From Macrostomum lignano (Eukaryota), in NCBI GenBank assembly GCA_002269645.1, contig NIVC01000381.1, forward strand, positions 1 to 64,000: a stretch of DNA of 64,000 nucleotides. The letters run 5' to 3'. The translations under genes and the position numbers were made by a program. Under the pieces are notes generated by a model. That model saw only the letters and a program-made list of their open reading frames with translations, was not told the DNA's origin and did not search any database. Below are positions 30,752-43,177 of the stretch, piece after piece (the stretch's first letter is position 1; the number at the start of each line of letters is the position of its first letter).

Positions 30752-32358
30752 CTGTAAAATGAGAAAAACGGAGGCAGCAGGGCAGAAAGCATGGCTAGCG
30801 ATCTCGTTAAAACAGCAGTCAACAGAGCTATACACCCGAAATAAAAAATCGCGCATTTTGTCCACGGCGTGCAGCCTAGAGCACGGGTCCGCAAAGACAT
30901 GGTACCAGCCAGGCACATGAAAAGCGCGCACCTCAACCCCACGCCTAACAGCAATGAGCATGGCAGTCTGGAACAGCGGCTGCAACTCAGGCTGCCGACA
31001 GCAACCTCTGTTAATCATGCCAACAGCCGCACTAGAGTCGGAGTAGACCACGACCGAACTGTCATTTAAAAAGGCACCCCAGCGAACCATACCAGCAGCG
31101 GAACAATAGCTTCTTTGTACGTGATATGCTTGTCTTTAAACTTTCCTCCAGCATCCAGATCCCAATTGACGTACAGCCAATCCACCATACCGCTACCATT
31201 GCGCAAAATGGCTCCGCCACCAGCACTGCTCGCATCGGTTTCGATGATCCAGCCGTTTGTGCAACTTCTCCAAAGCTGAAAATCAGGCAGCTTCAGAAGG
31301 GCACCTCGCCACCAGAGTAAAATACGCACAGTGTCAGCGGACACACGCACTTTGTGATGTGGCTTTTCCAGGGCATTAAGCAGGTCGAACAGGGGTCTTA
31401 GGAAGCAACTCCCAGCGTGCACCACCTGGACGACCCAGCTGAGCTTGCCACAAAGCGACGAAAGCTGTCGTTTCGAGAGACGCCTGCGCTGCGAAAAGTT
31501 AAGCAGTGTGGTGCGCATTTCCTCACACTTTTCCGCCGGCACACTAAGAACTCCACGGACAGTATCAATCTTCACACCGAGATACACCAAGCATTGCGTA
31601 GGTTCAACCACTTTGTTCCAATTGACACCAAAACCTAACTGGCGAACCAGCTTAATCAGCTCTTTCAGAGCATCCATACACTCTTTCTCGCTCTCGGCCG
31701 CAACCAGAAAATCATCCAGGTAAACCGAAATATTGGTCACGCCGCGTCGCACCATCATCCTCTTGACCGCCTGAGTAAGCCGGTAGAAAATCTCGACCGA
31801 GGCGCAGCTACCAAAGGGTAGCCGGGTGTCGACAAGCCATGTCAGATCACGGTTGCCTTTAAAGCGCCAACCAATGCCGGTCGCCTGGTAATCATCCGGA
31901 TGGATCGCCACGCTTCTGTAAGCTTGCGACAAATCAAGCTTTGTCATGAACCAGCCCTTGCCGATAGAGGCTGCAACCTTCTTGACGGACTCAAACCTGG
32001 GGCTCAGCTTCTTCGTATAGTTGTCATTTACCGAGTAGCCCGGAGGCGTGCTGCAGTCATGAATAAGTCGAACCTTCCCGTTATCCTTGGGAATTGCTCC
32101 CAGAGGGCTGACCATCGTAGGCTTCTTAGGCACAATCAAATACCTGCCATTCTCAATCTCTTCCTTAATTTGCAGCTCAACAGCGCGATGAAAAGCAGAA
32201 GTAGACATGTAATTGGCATTAAAAGTCTCACAAAGCCCTTTGCCATCAGTAATGCGAAAACCATTTGCGATGCCGTCTAGGATAAAATTCCGATCAGGGT
32301 CATTCTCAAGCTCAGAATCCCACGAACAAAAACGCAGGCGACCCCCCTGCACTGCCAA
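30614..32358 (-). pseudogene. Retrotransposon ORF2: reverse transcriptase plus RNase H, with a frameshift at ~31095
   Basis: RT motifs KVRLIHDCS, KLDLSQAYR, LPFG and YLDDFL. RNase H motifs ETDASS and KEA, continuing in the next frame (ORF 30614..31090) as VYSDS...HVPGWYHVFADPCSR. Confidence 0.9.
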
Positions 32359-32433
32359 CGACAGGATTGTTAAAATTTAAAGCAGGCTGAGCATTAGGCA
32401 AAATTTTAGGATTAAAACAGAGCATCGCAGACT

Positions 32434-33552
32434 TCAGTTTTTTGTCGAATGGTTGGCCTCAGGGTGGGCCTCGAAACAGATGCGGCATACGTGCCGGAAT
32501 TTGCAGCTCGACCGGAAGCACCCCCGGCGATTAAAGTGCAAGCAGAACTCTTCCCCGTCTGGCGTTCTGAGGCTCTTGGGGTCTATTGGTTTTTGAAAAC
32601 GCTGCTGTCGTGGCTGGGGCAATGACTTGCTGACTCCATGGTTTGCTGGAGTTCCAGTTCTGATTAAGTGCTTAGCAACGAGTTGGAAAGACTCCTTGCC
32701 CCATCGCTTGCCAGTTTCAGCTTGCCTAGTGCGGTAGTCCTCGTCAAAACGATTCACCTGCGCAAGGCCGAAGCCCGCGTCAAACAGCTCGCCAATCTGT
32801 ATTGAGTAGCGTAAGTAATTCATCAAATCAGTCGTGTCGGCAGTTCCATTTCTACTAGTCACCAGGGCACCATCCTTGATCATCTGCATCATCAGCCTGC
32901 AATTGCCTACCAAATACTGCGCTGCCGTGATGCTATCTGGATTAGGTTTTCTGCTCTTGTAAGTGATTCGGCCACCAGAACCATTAGCCAGCACCTCTTC
33001 CTGCTCAAAGCCGTCGAGGAAATCACGAATCAGGAGAGCCTTACGTCTACCAGAACACTCCATCCGTTCATTGGCCCTGTTCTGTGACAACAATCTGTCA
33101 AGCAGCTCATTGCCATTATCTGCTTGGTCTAATCCAGCATCATCACACCCATCAGGAAAGTAACTGGGGCCAGCAGGCTTGGCACACTCACCGCGATTCA
33201 TAGGACGCGTGGATGGACACTTGCGCTGCAGATCTCCGATCTCCCTCTTGAGTTGAGCGGCTTCCTTGCGTAGTTGCAACAGTCTGATCTCCTTCTCCGC
33301 TTTCGCGATGTCCTAGTCCAGGCCCGCCGCCGACTCCCGAGCCGCCTCCGTACTGATGTTGTCGTCTGCTTCGGCTTCTTGCTTAGATTGCTCCATGTTC
33401 TGCAACAGCGAATCTGTCCACGACTGGTCTGGGGCTGCGAGCAGGGCGCTGACAAGGTCGGCCTTGTTGCCCCGACTGCTTATGTTAGCGTGGGCACACA
33501 AGGCTTGCAGAGCCACCTTGCTCAGGTGCATAAGTTTGTCGCGGTCAGCCAT
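32434..33552 (-). pseudogene. Retrotransposon ORF1 (gag-like): N-terminal SAP-like helix-extension-helix, coiled coil, C-terminal Cys/His zinc fingers; interrupted by one in-frame TAG at 33315-33313
   Basis: Track ORFs 33313..33552 and 32434..33279 are in the same frame, separated only by GAC TAG GAC. The N-terminus LMHLSKVALQALCAHANISSRGNKADLVSALL fits the SAP pattern. The C-terminus FCLHFNRRGCFRSSCKFRHVCRICFEAHPEANH is typical of DIRS-order gag. Confidence 0.8.
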
Positions 33553-33563
33553 TGCAAAAAAAT

Positions 33564-33736
33564 GAGAAAAAAATCAATACGCGCTTGGCGGGTCAGCGAC
33601 AGCCCGCACCGTATTAAATAAACGCCACCCAGGCCGCGGGCACGTGACCAAGGCCCGGCCCACCACCCCCGCACCAACGCACAAGAGCCACGCCCCACTG
33701 GTTTAACACCCAACCAAGCTACGCCCGGTCGGACCA
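33564..33736 (-). repeat. Split direct repeat A1 (5' end of the retrotransposon)
   Basis: Near-identical to 29472-29650; differences are mainly homopolymer lengths and one substitution. Confidence 0.93.
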
Positions 33737-35370
33737 ATATTACTAAGGTAGTACGAGCGTAGCCTCGCTAACCACCAACTGGCCAAAGCACCGGGTGGGT
33801 ACTGCATGGTTTGTACTTAAGACTTGACGTGCATTTCTTGTAATACAAAGTAACTTGTACTTCTACGTGCCCCATCACAGGACAGTGTAAATGTTTGATT
33901 TTTCGAAGAAAAAATAATATCCTGCTTTAGTTCTATTATCCCATATACTAAAAATGAGTTGTCTGTATCTATCTATCTAGCTATGCGATAGATTTCAGAA
34001 AAAACGGCTCAACCGATTTTCTTCAAACTTGCACCATTTGATCAGAAATTTTCCTGGGACGGTACATGCATCTTGGCTAAGAAATTGCTCAATATTAAAG
34101 GGATTAAATATTCGAAAAACATGCTTTTTTGCAAAGGTCAAGCAGCTCTTTCGACCTGGAATGCATTGTATGAGTTGTAAGAATGCTAGAGAAAAAACCT
34201 ATACTGGCTGAATTCCGATTGTGATAAAGATTGCATCACAACTGAATTGTAACTCCGACTTGAATTGCGTCACAGTGTTGAAAACACTCTGTGGAAACAT
34301 AGCACGAGACCTGATTTAGACTGCGTAACCATATTGTTAACTTTAATTAGAACTGATACTGAACGATTGAAAAATTGATTATGTCATAACTCTCATAACT
34401 GCTTCGTGTTCATCTCTGCTTCGTGCTCATCTCGATCGCGTTAAACATACGAGTAAAAGAAGCGTCATGTAAAACGCTTAGTGGGGGAATTGCTGAGATG
34501 TCGAGGCTTACTCCAGAACCAAGAACCAAATGTTTCATTTCAAGCATAAGTAGCTCATGTAAAGCATAGAATATAAACGAATATTCGATAACACACATGC
34601 CTTTCTGCAAGGGTCAACAGAACTTTCTACTGCGAGCCATTCTGACTGGAATTAAACTAGGCAGCGCCAGTAAATTAGTATTTTTTGTCGCCACTCTAGA
34701 GAATTATAAATGTACACTGCGAGAAGAGATGTATATTATAAAATGTTCACGTGCACAATTAACAAACTAACTTTAAAAGCTGGAAAGAGGGAGAGTGAGA
34801 GAGTGAAACACATACGAGCGTACGAGTATATTTAATCGATTCACATCGCAAGCTAAAGCTAAAGAAACCTGAGTTGCATTTTCATATGCGATATTCAAGA
34901 CCCCCAATCTATAGGCTAAAGTACGTTTTAGTAAGACCGTCGTATCATAAAAAGTGCATACCATCCATCGATAAATAGAATTATTATTAAATGCCACAGA
35001 GATGTACATTGGCTACTGAGATTTGCGCCTCCTTCAGAAAATTTATCTCAATCCTTTAACATGGGAGAGTTAGCCTTAGGCTTAAAAATTCATTACAGTA
35101 CTGGGCCAAGGTGTTTTAGAGGGAGTATTGAATAATAAAAAAGTCCTGACCAATTAGCAGGCGGGTGTTGGAGACAGAATTTAGGCTTGCTGTACACACT
35201 GACAGTCTGACGACAGTGTACAAATGGTGTCCAGCTTTTTGGGGTTGTGTGGTTGATGAGTTTAAAACGCGTGACATGATAGATTTCATACCATACTCTT
35301 CTCGCACACAACCCCCATACTATTTTTTCATTATCACTCAAAATTCTTATTTTTCAATTCGAATTCCAAT

Positions 35371-38300
35371 ATGGCTCGACGTGGCACCAGCGCATTGAAG
35401 AAGAGCAGAGATGCCAAGAAGAAGCGTCAGCAAGAGAGTGCCGTTCAGCGAGAAGAGCGCCTGATGAGACTCCAACAGCAGGAGGCTGAGCGAAGAGCAA
35501 GTGAAACCGATGCTCAGCGAGAAGAGCGCCTGACGAGACTCCGACAGCAGGAGGCTGAGCGAAGAGCAAGTGAAACCGATGCTCAGCGAGAAGAGCGCCT
35601 GACGAGACTCCGACAGCAGGAGGCTGAGCGAAGAGCAAGTGAAACCGATGCTCAGCGAGAAGAGCGCCTGACGAGACTCCGACAGCAGGAGGCTGAGCGA
35701 AGAGCAAGTGAAACCGATGCTCAGCGAGAAGAGCGCCTGACGAGACTCCGACAGGAGAATGCTGAGCAAAGAGCAACTGAAACAGACGCTCAGCGTGAAG
35801 AGCGTAGATCTGCAGACAGAATTCGTGCAGAGAAGCGACGCGCTTCAGAAACCGAAGATGAACGAAGAGCTCGAATCGAAGCCGAACAAATTCGCCGTCG
35901 AGGAGTGTCGGTTAGCAGGTAGGATGACGTCTTAATCTGAGCTATTATATATTTCTGTGATCATTCTTAACATTCTGTGACCGTTAAATGATAATAATCA
36001 ATGTGCCCGTTGTGTTCATGTTTAGTCTTTTATGGGTATTTTGTATTGTAGTTGTTGTTTAATTGGTACATAGGCTTATACTGAAAAACTAGAGCCCATT
36101 TCTAAGTCTTTTAACGCAATTTTTCTCATATTTTTTAGATAGGCTTCCAGGAATTATACATACGAGATAAGTATTTTAGATAGAATCTACAATTAAAATA
36201 AATTCGGTTTCTAATAATATTAAGTTTTGAAGCCTGTTTCTAAGAATATTATATGTGTGAGTCGGCTTCGAAGAATCTTAAATCTATGAGATAGGTATTT
36301 AATATAACAATATTAATTTATGAGAATCGGTTAAGCATTTTTTACTGATGAAAATGGTTTTCGAAGAATCTTTGTTTATAATGCAATTACATTTTAGACT
36401 GGTTTGTAAGAATGTAGAATGGCATAAAAATATTCTTCACTATTCTAAGAACCGCCAAATAAAGTTGTGTATAATCCAAATATACTAAATCTTTATTTCC
36501 TCTATTCCAGGTTTGATAGTAGTGAGTTGGCCACACCGTCTGTGGTACCTTTTGATGCGTTGCGCATAATTCGAATTCCTGGTGATGGGAACTGTTTTTT
36601 TCATGCAATCTGTGACCAGTTGCAGGGCACTCCACTTGAGACCGATGCAGCATCTTTAAGACACGAGCTGACGAGCCGTGTAGTGCAGATTATGCCAGAA
36701 TTGATTGAACAAGGCTTTGTTTTGCCAGAAAATGCTGATTTCATTGTTGATTCATCTTTTTCTGAAGGCACATATGTGCCTGATGAAGTTGTTCCGCTTT
36801 TAAGCCGTTGTTTTAATGTTGATCTGGTAATTTATCAAGAAAATGGCAGTGTATTGCAGTACTGTATGTCCCCTTTGCAGCCACCGATTGCAATCGTCCG
36901 AATTCTTTTGCGTCATGAGCATTATGAGTCATTGCGATTTGCTAATCCGATTCCAGTTTCTGAGCCCATTGTAGATGAAGAGGAGCCAAGACTAACTCAG
37001 CAGAGTGCAGGTCATTTTGGCGCAAGACCTGCTCAAGAGAGGTAGGTCATTGGTATGACTGGTCATCATAATTTATTTGTCATCGAACTCAAGTTGTTTT
37101 ATTCTAATATTTTTTTTGTAAAATGAAAGATTAACCGGGAAAACTATTTGCTATTAATCCTTCCTAATCCTAATCCTTCCAATCACAGGCCAGAACGGAT
37201 TATCAGGCCTGAAGCGCCAGCCCATAACTGTGGCCCAATGGACAGAGCATGCGACCAATGCGGTGCATTACTTTGGTGCTCTGAGACGAGGAATTTCTGC
37301 TGCGCCAAAGGCAAGGTAAAGCTACCCAGCCGCACCGTGCCTCAAGTGCTGGCGGATCTGTACCTGGGGCGGCACAGACTGAGTGCCGAGTTCCTGACCA
37401 ACATTAGAAGTTACAACTCGGCGCTGCACCTGACATCGCTGGGTGCCAAACTGCGGTTGGTGCCAGGCTGGTGTCCCAGCTTCATCATCAGCGGCCAGTT
37501 GCATCACAACACGGCGTCGCTGTTTGCAGAAGATTCAGCTGAGCCCCATGGCTGGCAAGTGTATTTCAATGATCGCGAACTTGAAAGCCGCCAGAGTCTC
37601 AGCCAGAAGGTGAAGCCGGAGCTACTGGAGCTGCTGCAGACGCTGCTTCACGAGTGCAACGGCTATGTCCGCAGCCTGAGGGCAGTCGCTCATCGAATCA
37701 GCCAAGATCCGGAGTTGGGAGATGCGCGAATCGTGATTCACCCTGACCGTCGACCATCTGGGGAACACATTCGGTATGTCTGCAAGACACTTTAATAACA
37801 TATTTTGCGTAATAAAGTATCCAATTATCCAATTTGTACAGACTTTGTATCCCACAAAATCCGTTTGAAATCAGGCGCTACAACTTGCCTACGGCGAACG
37901 AGGTCGGTATCCTGATCGTTGAGGACAATGAGAACACACCGGCCAGTCGGGACGTCGTGATTCAGCTGCGTGGAGGCGGTTCCCAGCGAATCAGTGAGAC
38001 GCACCGCTCATACGACCCGCTGGAGTATGTGCTGCTGTTCCCGAATGGCGAAGATGGCTGGCACCCGGAGTTGCTGATGAGTAATGGCAAGAAATTGACG
38101 CCCATGAAGTATTATGCGAGCGAAATCATGGTGCGAGCGGGCCAGTTCAGTGTGCTGCACTATGGCCGAAGATTATTTCAGCAGTACTTGGTGGACATGT
38201 GTGCCAAGATTGAGGCAGAGAGGCTGCTGTATTTGCGGACCCATCAGCAGGACCTGCGCAGCGAGACGTATAGCGGTCTGCGGGACGCTTTGTTTGCGGC

Positions 38301-41300
38301 TGATGGCAGGTCTACCGACAGAGATCCGAGTGACATAGGCAAGCCCGCGCATGTGCTTCTGTCTTCGAGCTTCGTTGGCGGGCCAAGGTACCTGATGGAG
38401 AGGCTACAGGACGCTATGACCTATGTTCACAAGTTCGGTAAGCCGGACCTGTTTGTCACCGCAACGTGCAATCCGAAATGGCCGGAGATCAGCGCCCAGC
38501 TGCTGCCTGGACAGCGGGCAGAAGACCGGCCCGACATTGTTAGCCGAGTCTTTGAAATGAAGAAGAAAGCTCTGCTGGCCCAGTTGACCAAGCGCTATGG
38601 GAAAGAGACCGCTCACGTTTGCTCACTGGAGTACCAGAAGCGTGGTGAGTATAAATTCTGACTTGCAAGAATCAAACTTTTAATATTTATTAAATTTAAA
38701 TTTACAAAGATTTGTGATTTTTTTCTACTTTTTTGACGCTCCAGGTCTTCCCCATGTGCACTTTTTGCTGTGGCTCGTGAGCGGTCAGCGAGTGACTCCG
38801 GACCGATACGATAACATCGTGTCTGCCGAGATTCCGGACCCAGAGCAGCAGCCCGTGCTGTATGAGCTGGTGAAGACGCACATGATCCATGGCCCCTGCG
38901 GCAAGGACAATCCAGCATGCCCTTGCATGGAGAATGGCGAATGCAGCAAGGGCTTTCCTAAAGAATTCCAGCAGGTGACGCTGACCAGCGATACTGGCTA
39001 CCCACTGTACCGCAGACTATCGCCTGAGATGGGCGGATTTACAGTGGACAAGCTGTTTAAAGGCCGGAGCATTCGCATGGACAACAGGGGAGTTCAAACG
39101 CTAATATATTGCTTAGTTGTGCATTGCTGCTTTTGTTTCTGAAAGTTAATGATATTATTTTTTCATTGAAACAGGTGGGTCGTTCCGTACAGCCCTGACC
39201 TGTTGCTCCAGTTTGCGTGCCACTTGAACGTCGAAGTTTGCGCCACTGTGAAGTCGGTCAAGTACGTGATCAAGTACCTGTTAAAGGGTGGCGACATGGC
39301 GACGTTCAAAGTCGATGCCAATAGGAATTCTACTGAACCGAGAGAGCAGGCAGTGGGTAACCAGCAGCCAACGCAAACGACACGAAATGAGCCGCGGCGT
39401 GATGAGATTAAGGAGTACCTGTCCGCGCGCTACATTGGTCCAATGGAAGCCGTGAATACCATCTTGGGCTTTGAAGTAATTCGCATTCTAATTATTATTG
39501 GCTTATTTTAACCAGAGCTGTGAAACCTCGTCATAGTATAAATTGAATTTCCATCGAAACTTAAAGGCTGTATATTTTCCTTTCACTTTCTGATCAGGTG
39601 CACAACAGGTTTCCGGCGGTCATCCGACTCTGCGTTCACAAGTCGGAAGAGCAGCTCGTGTATTTCAACGAGGGGACCGCAAGAGCAAAAGCGAGAACGC
39701 CGAAGGATTCGACGTTGACGGCATTTTTCAAGCTGTGCCGTATTGACGAATTTGCTGGGTCCTTGCTCTACACGGAGGTGCCGTCCTACTTCGTGTGGCA
39801 CTCCAGCGAAAGAGAGTGGCGGCGGGCCAAGCAGGGTGTGCGAGTCGATGGCCATCCGGGTGTAGTGCGGAACAAAAACGTTGCACGCATGTACACGGTG
39901 AGTCCAAGAGCAGGTGATTTATTTTATGTTCGAATGCTCCTTTTGAATGTTAGGGGACCGACTAGCTTCGAGGCGCTGCAGACCGTGGACGGCGTTGTGC
40001 ATCCGAGCGCCAAGGCTGCTTGCATGGCCCTTGGCCTGCTGCAGCGAGATGATCACTGGCGGCGGTGTCTAGCTGAGGCCGTTCAGTCAAGAATGCCAAG
40101 AGCCCTGAGACATCTTCTGGCCGTAATTCTCATATGGGGTGAGCCTGAGGATGGCAGCGACCTCTGGTGCAGTTTTGCCGAGGATCTCAGCGAGGACCTG
40201 CGGTTTCACCACCGAGACTTGAGCACCGAGGAGATTACTGACCTGGCGCTGCGTGAGCTTCAGAGCATGCTGATCTCCATGGGCGGGAGAAGCCTGCCAG
40301 AGTACGGCCTGCCTGCGGCCTCTGTGACACCTCAAGATGGACCAATGCAGTTTGATACGGTTGAGCAAGCACTGATTACTGAGGCGCGCTTACCAATGCT
40401 GACAGATGAGCAGAAAGCGGTGTACGAGTCCGTGACTCAGAATCTTGTGGACGGCACCAGCGGCTTGCACTTCCTGGACGCGCCCGCTGGCACTGGCAAG
40501 ACCTTCCTGCTGGAGGTTCTGCTAGCCTTCGTGCGCAGCCGGCGTGAAGTCGCCCTCGCCGTTGCGGCTTCTGGAATCGCAGCGACTCTTTTGCCAGGTG
40601 GACAGACGGCGCATTCAACGTGAGTAATTTATTGTCAATATTTCAAAAAGCAGTTGTAAATATTTCGTGTGCTGTAAATATGTTCAGCATGGTGAAACTA
40701 TTTGTCTATGCCAGGTTCAAGATACCAATTCGGGCGATCCGTTCGAGCAAAGACGTGTGCGCTGTTGGAGCGCAGTCCAAACAGGCCGCTGTATTTCGGA
40801 CAGTGCGTCTAATTGTCTGGGACGAGATTTCTATGACAAACCGGAAGGATTTGGAGGCCGTCGACCGGTGCTTGCGAGACGTGCGGAAGCAGGACGTGCC
40901 ATTCGGCGGAGTGGTTTTCGTTTGCGCTGGGGACTTTCGCCAGCTGCTGCCCGTTGTGGTGCATGGGACTCGAGCCAACAGCGTCATGGCGTGTGTCAGC
41001 AGATCCCCACTGTGGAAATTTTTCCGGCGGCATCGCCTTACAAGAAACATCCGATTGCTGAGCAGTTCCGATTCTGCAACGTATTTGAGATACACCGAGC
41101 TACTCAAGCAGGTAAGTTTGTTTTCATCAGTTTATTTATTGGAAGATTTAAGGATGTTCGGTTTCTTTCGTGTTGAGAGCTCCATTTAAAAAATTGTGGC
41201 TTATTCAAGAATGCCTTGCTTAAAGTCTGTCTAGCGTTTTAAATATTTGACTTTTAACTCCCCCAGATCGGATCCGGAACAATTGAGCAGGATGCAGAGG

Positions 41301-42031
41301 AGAAAGTGTCTCTTCCTGCTGAGATCATCATTTCTGCGGAGGCGCCGCTCAATGATCTGATAAATTTTGTGTACCCATCGTTTGAGGCCTCAGTGGAGAG
41401 GGACGGCTACTTTGCAAGCCGAGCGATCCTGGCGCCGTACAATGACTCAGTGGATGCCATCAACGAGACGTGCCTGGGCATGTTCCCCGGCAGCCTGCGG
41501 GAGTACCGCTCAATAGACAGTGTGGCCGATGAGGATGCCGCTACGCACTTCCCGCCTGAGTTGCTCAACCAGCTGGATGCCCCGAACTTTCCGATTCACT
41601 TGCTGAGGCTAAAAGTGGGTATGCCAGTAGTTCTTCTCAGGAACATCAACCCGCCACGATTGTGCAATGGTACGCGGCTGATCATACTCGCAATGGGCGA
41701 GAACGTGCTTAGATGCAAGATTGCCGCCGGCCAGTTCACGGGAGACGAGATTCTTCTGCCGCGAATCCCGCTGATTCCTAGCAATGCGGACCTCCCCGTC
41801 AGTTTTAAGCGGCTGCAGTTCCCTGTGAAGCCGAGTTTCTGCCTGACGATTCACAAGTCGCAGGGACAGTCTCTGGACACAGTTGGCATTGACCTGTCAG
41901 TCGGTTGCTTCACGCATGGCCAGCTGTACACGGCGCTGTCACGAGCAAAGAACGCGGCAAATGTTCGCGTCCGGATTCCGGGAACAAGGACCAGAAACGT
42001 TGTGTTTCCAGAAGTTCTCACTGAAGACTAA
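35371..42031 (+). CDS. Helitron OTU-Rep-helicase, 9 exons: 35371-35918, 36511-37041, 37189-37773, 37875-38644, 38745-39087, 39175-39475, 39598-40619, 40715-41111, 41267-42031 (~1753 aa)
   Basis: Exon phases join into one frame. Domains: 20-aa charged repeats; OTU (GDGNCFF...HY); Zn finger (CDQC...CC); HUH Rep (FVTATCNPKW, EYQKRGLPHVH, KYVIKY); PIF1-like helicase (APAGTGKT, VWDEISM, GDFRQLLPV, TIHKSQGQSL, HGQLYTALSR). The intron 5 donor reads GGGAGT instead of GT. Confidence 0.9.
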
Positions 42032-43177
42032 TTTATTTATCGTAAAAAATGAGGGGTGAGCAATAATTTTCCTTATTATTGCAAAAGGCTAGAAAGTATA
42101 TTCAGTTATTTTTAAGGAAAAATAGAATAATTATTTCCCCATGGCTCTTAAGTAATAGCTCTCATTCTCTAAAGCAATAGCTGTCAATAGCTCTCATTCC
42201 TAAAAGAATCGCAGGAAACTTATTGCCCCAACCTCATTTCTAACGAAGCGTAGATATTGCATGGCAGTGAGTACGAGCTAATAGCTGATGAACTTTATGT
42301 TGAAGCTCAATTAGGCTTATTTTATTCATTGTATAAATTTTTACAGTCAATTTGCACTTTACAGTTAATTTGTATTTTAAGGCAATTTCATATTAGCCGA
42401 AAGTAACTTTTGAAACAAACCTTCTTTTGCACTGCTTTTAATGAATTCAATCTTTGATGAGCAGTTAATTTTGTCTTTTATTTTTCCCCTGAAATTTCAT
42501 TATAATTCGTGTAAAAACTTTACTTATTTTATATCGCAAATTTATGCAAAAGACGAAACAATTTTGTTTTTAGTTTTCCAAGGTTCGCAAAAACTTAACA
42601 TTAGAGTGAATTTTAGTATATGGATTTTTACGCAAACTACGAGTGACAGTCTTTTTTTCAAAAAATCAAAAATATCTCAAGTCACCTGTAACAACTGTAA
42701 ACTGTAAGCTCATAAAAAACGATTTGCATCAACTTGCGACGGGGCCTTCGTCTTCCATATATTGAAAGTTGAATAATATACGAAACTCACAAGATGTCAA
42801 TTTTAACTAAGGCGAAGGCCCTGAATGAAGCTTTTGTCTTACTTCATTTCTTAATCTTTGGCGAAACAAATATGAATAGTCTGTGGCAAAGCGCAAAGGC
42901 TAAGGAAATAGAGCCGAACTGATTGTTCTGACTATGGATTTGAGGGCAGGAATGAGCGAATCCGAGGGCTGCGACTATAGACTAACGTAGAGTATTAAAG
43001 GAACTCATCTGGTCACATGCAGCCATTGCACACGCTATGTATACGTGACATATCGGTTGTACTTTTAATGCCATGTTCATAAGTTTCACTTTGTACTTTT
43101 CAAGTTTATTAGCAAAAAAATACAAAAAATTCTTGCGTTACAAACGTCAAAAACGTTTAACAAACGTTAAAAATTAA

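Larger units (their letters stand above)
29328..33736 (-). mobile_element. Tyrosine-recombinase retrotransposon with split direct repeats (Ngaro/PAT type, DIRS order): A1-gag-RT/RH-YR-B1-A2-spacer-B2
   Basis: A repeats at 33564-33736 and 29472-29650. Identical 61-bp B repeats at 29651-29711 and 29328-29388. Three ORFs carry gag-like, RT/RNaseH and tyrosine recombinase motifs. No target-site duplication. Confidence 0.92.

Noticed and set aside
30580-30954. Third-frame ORF overlapping RNase H and YR, plus antisense ORFs across both elements
   Set aside because: No recognisable motifs; expected by-products of GC-rich overlapping coding sequence.
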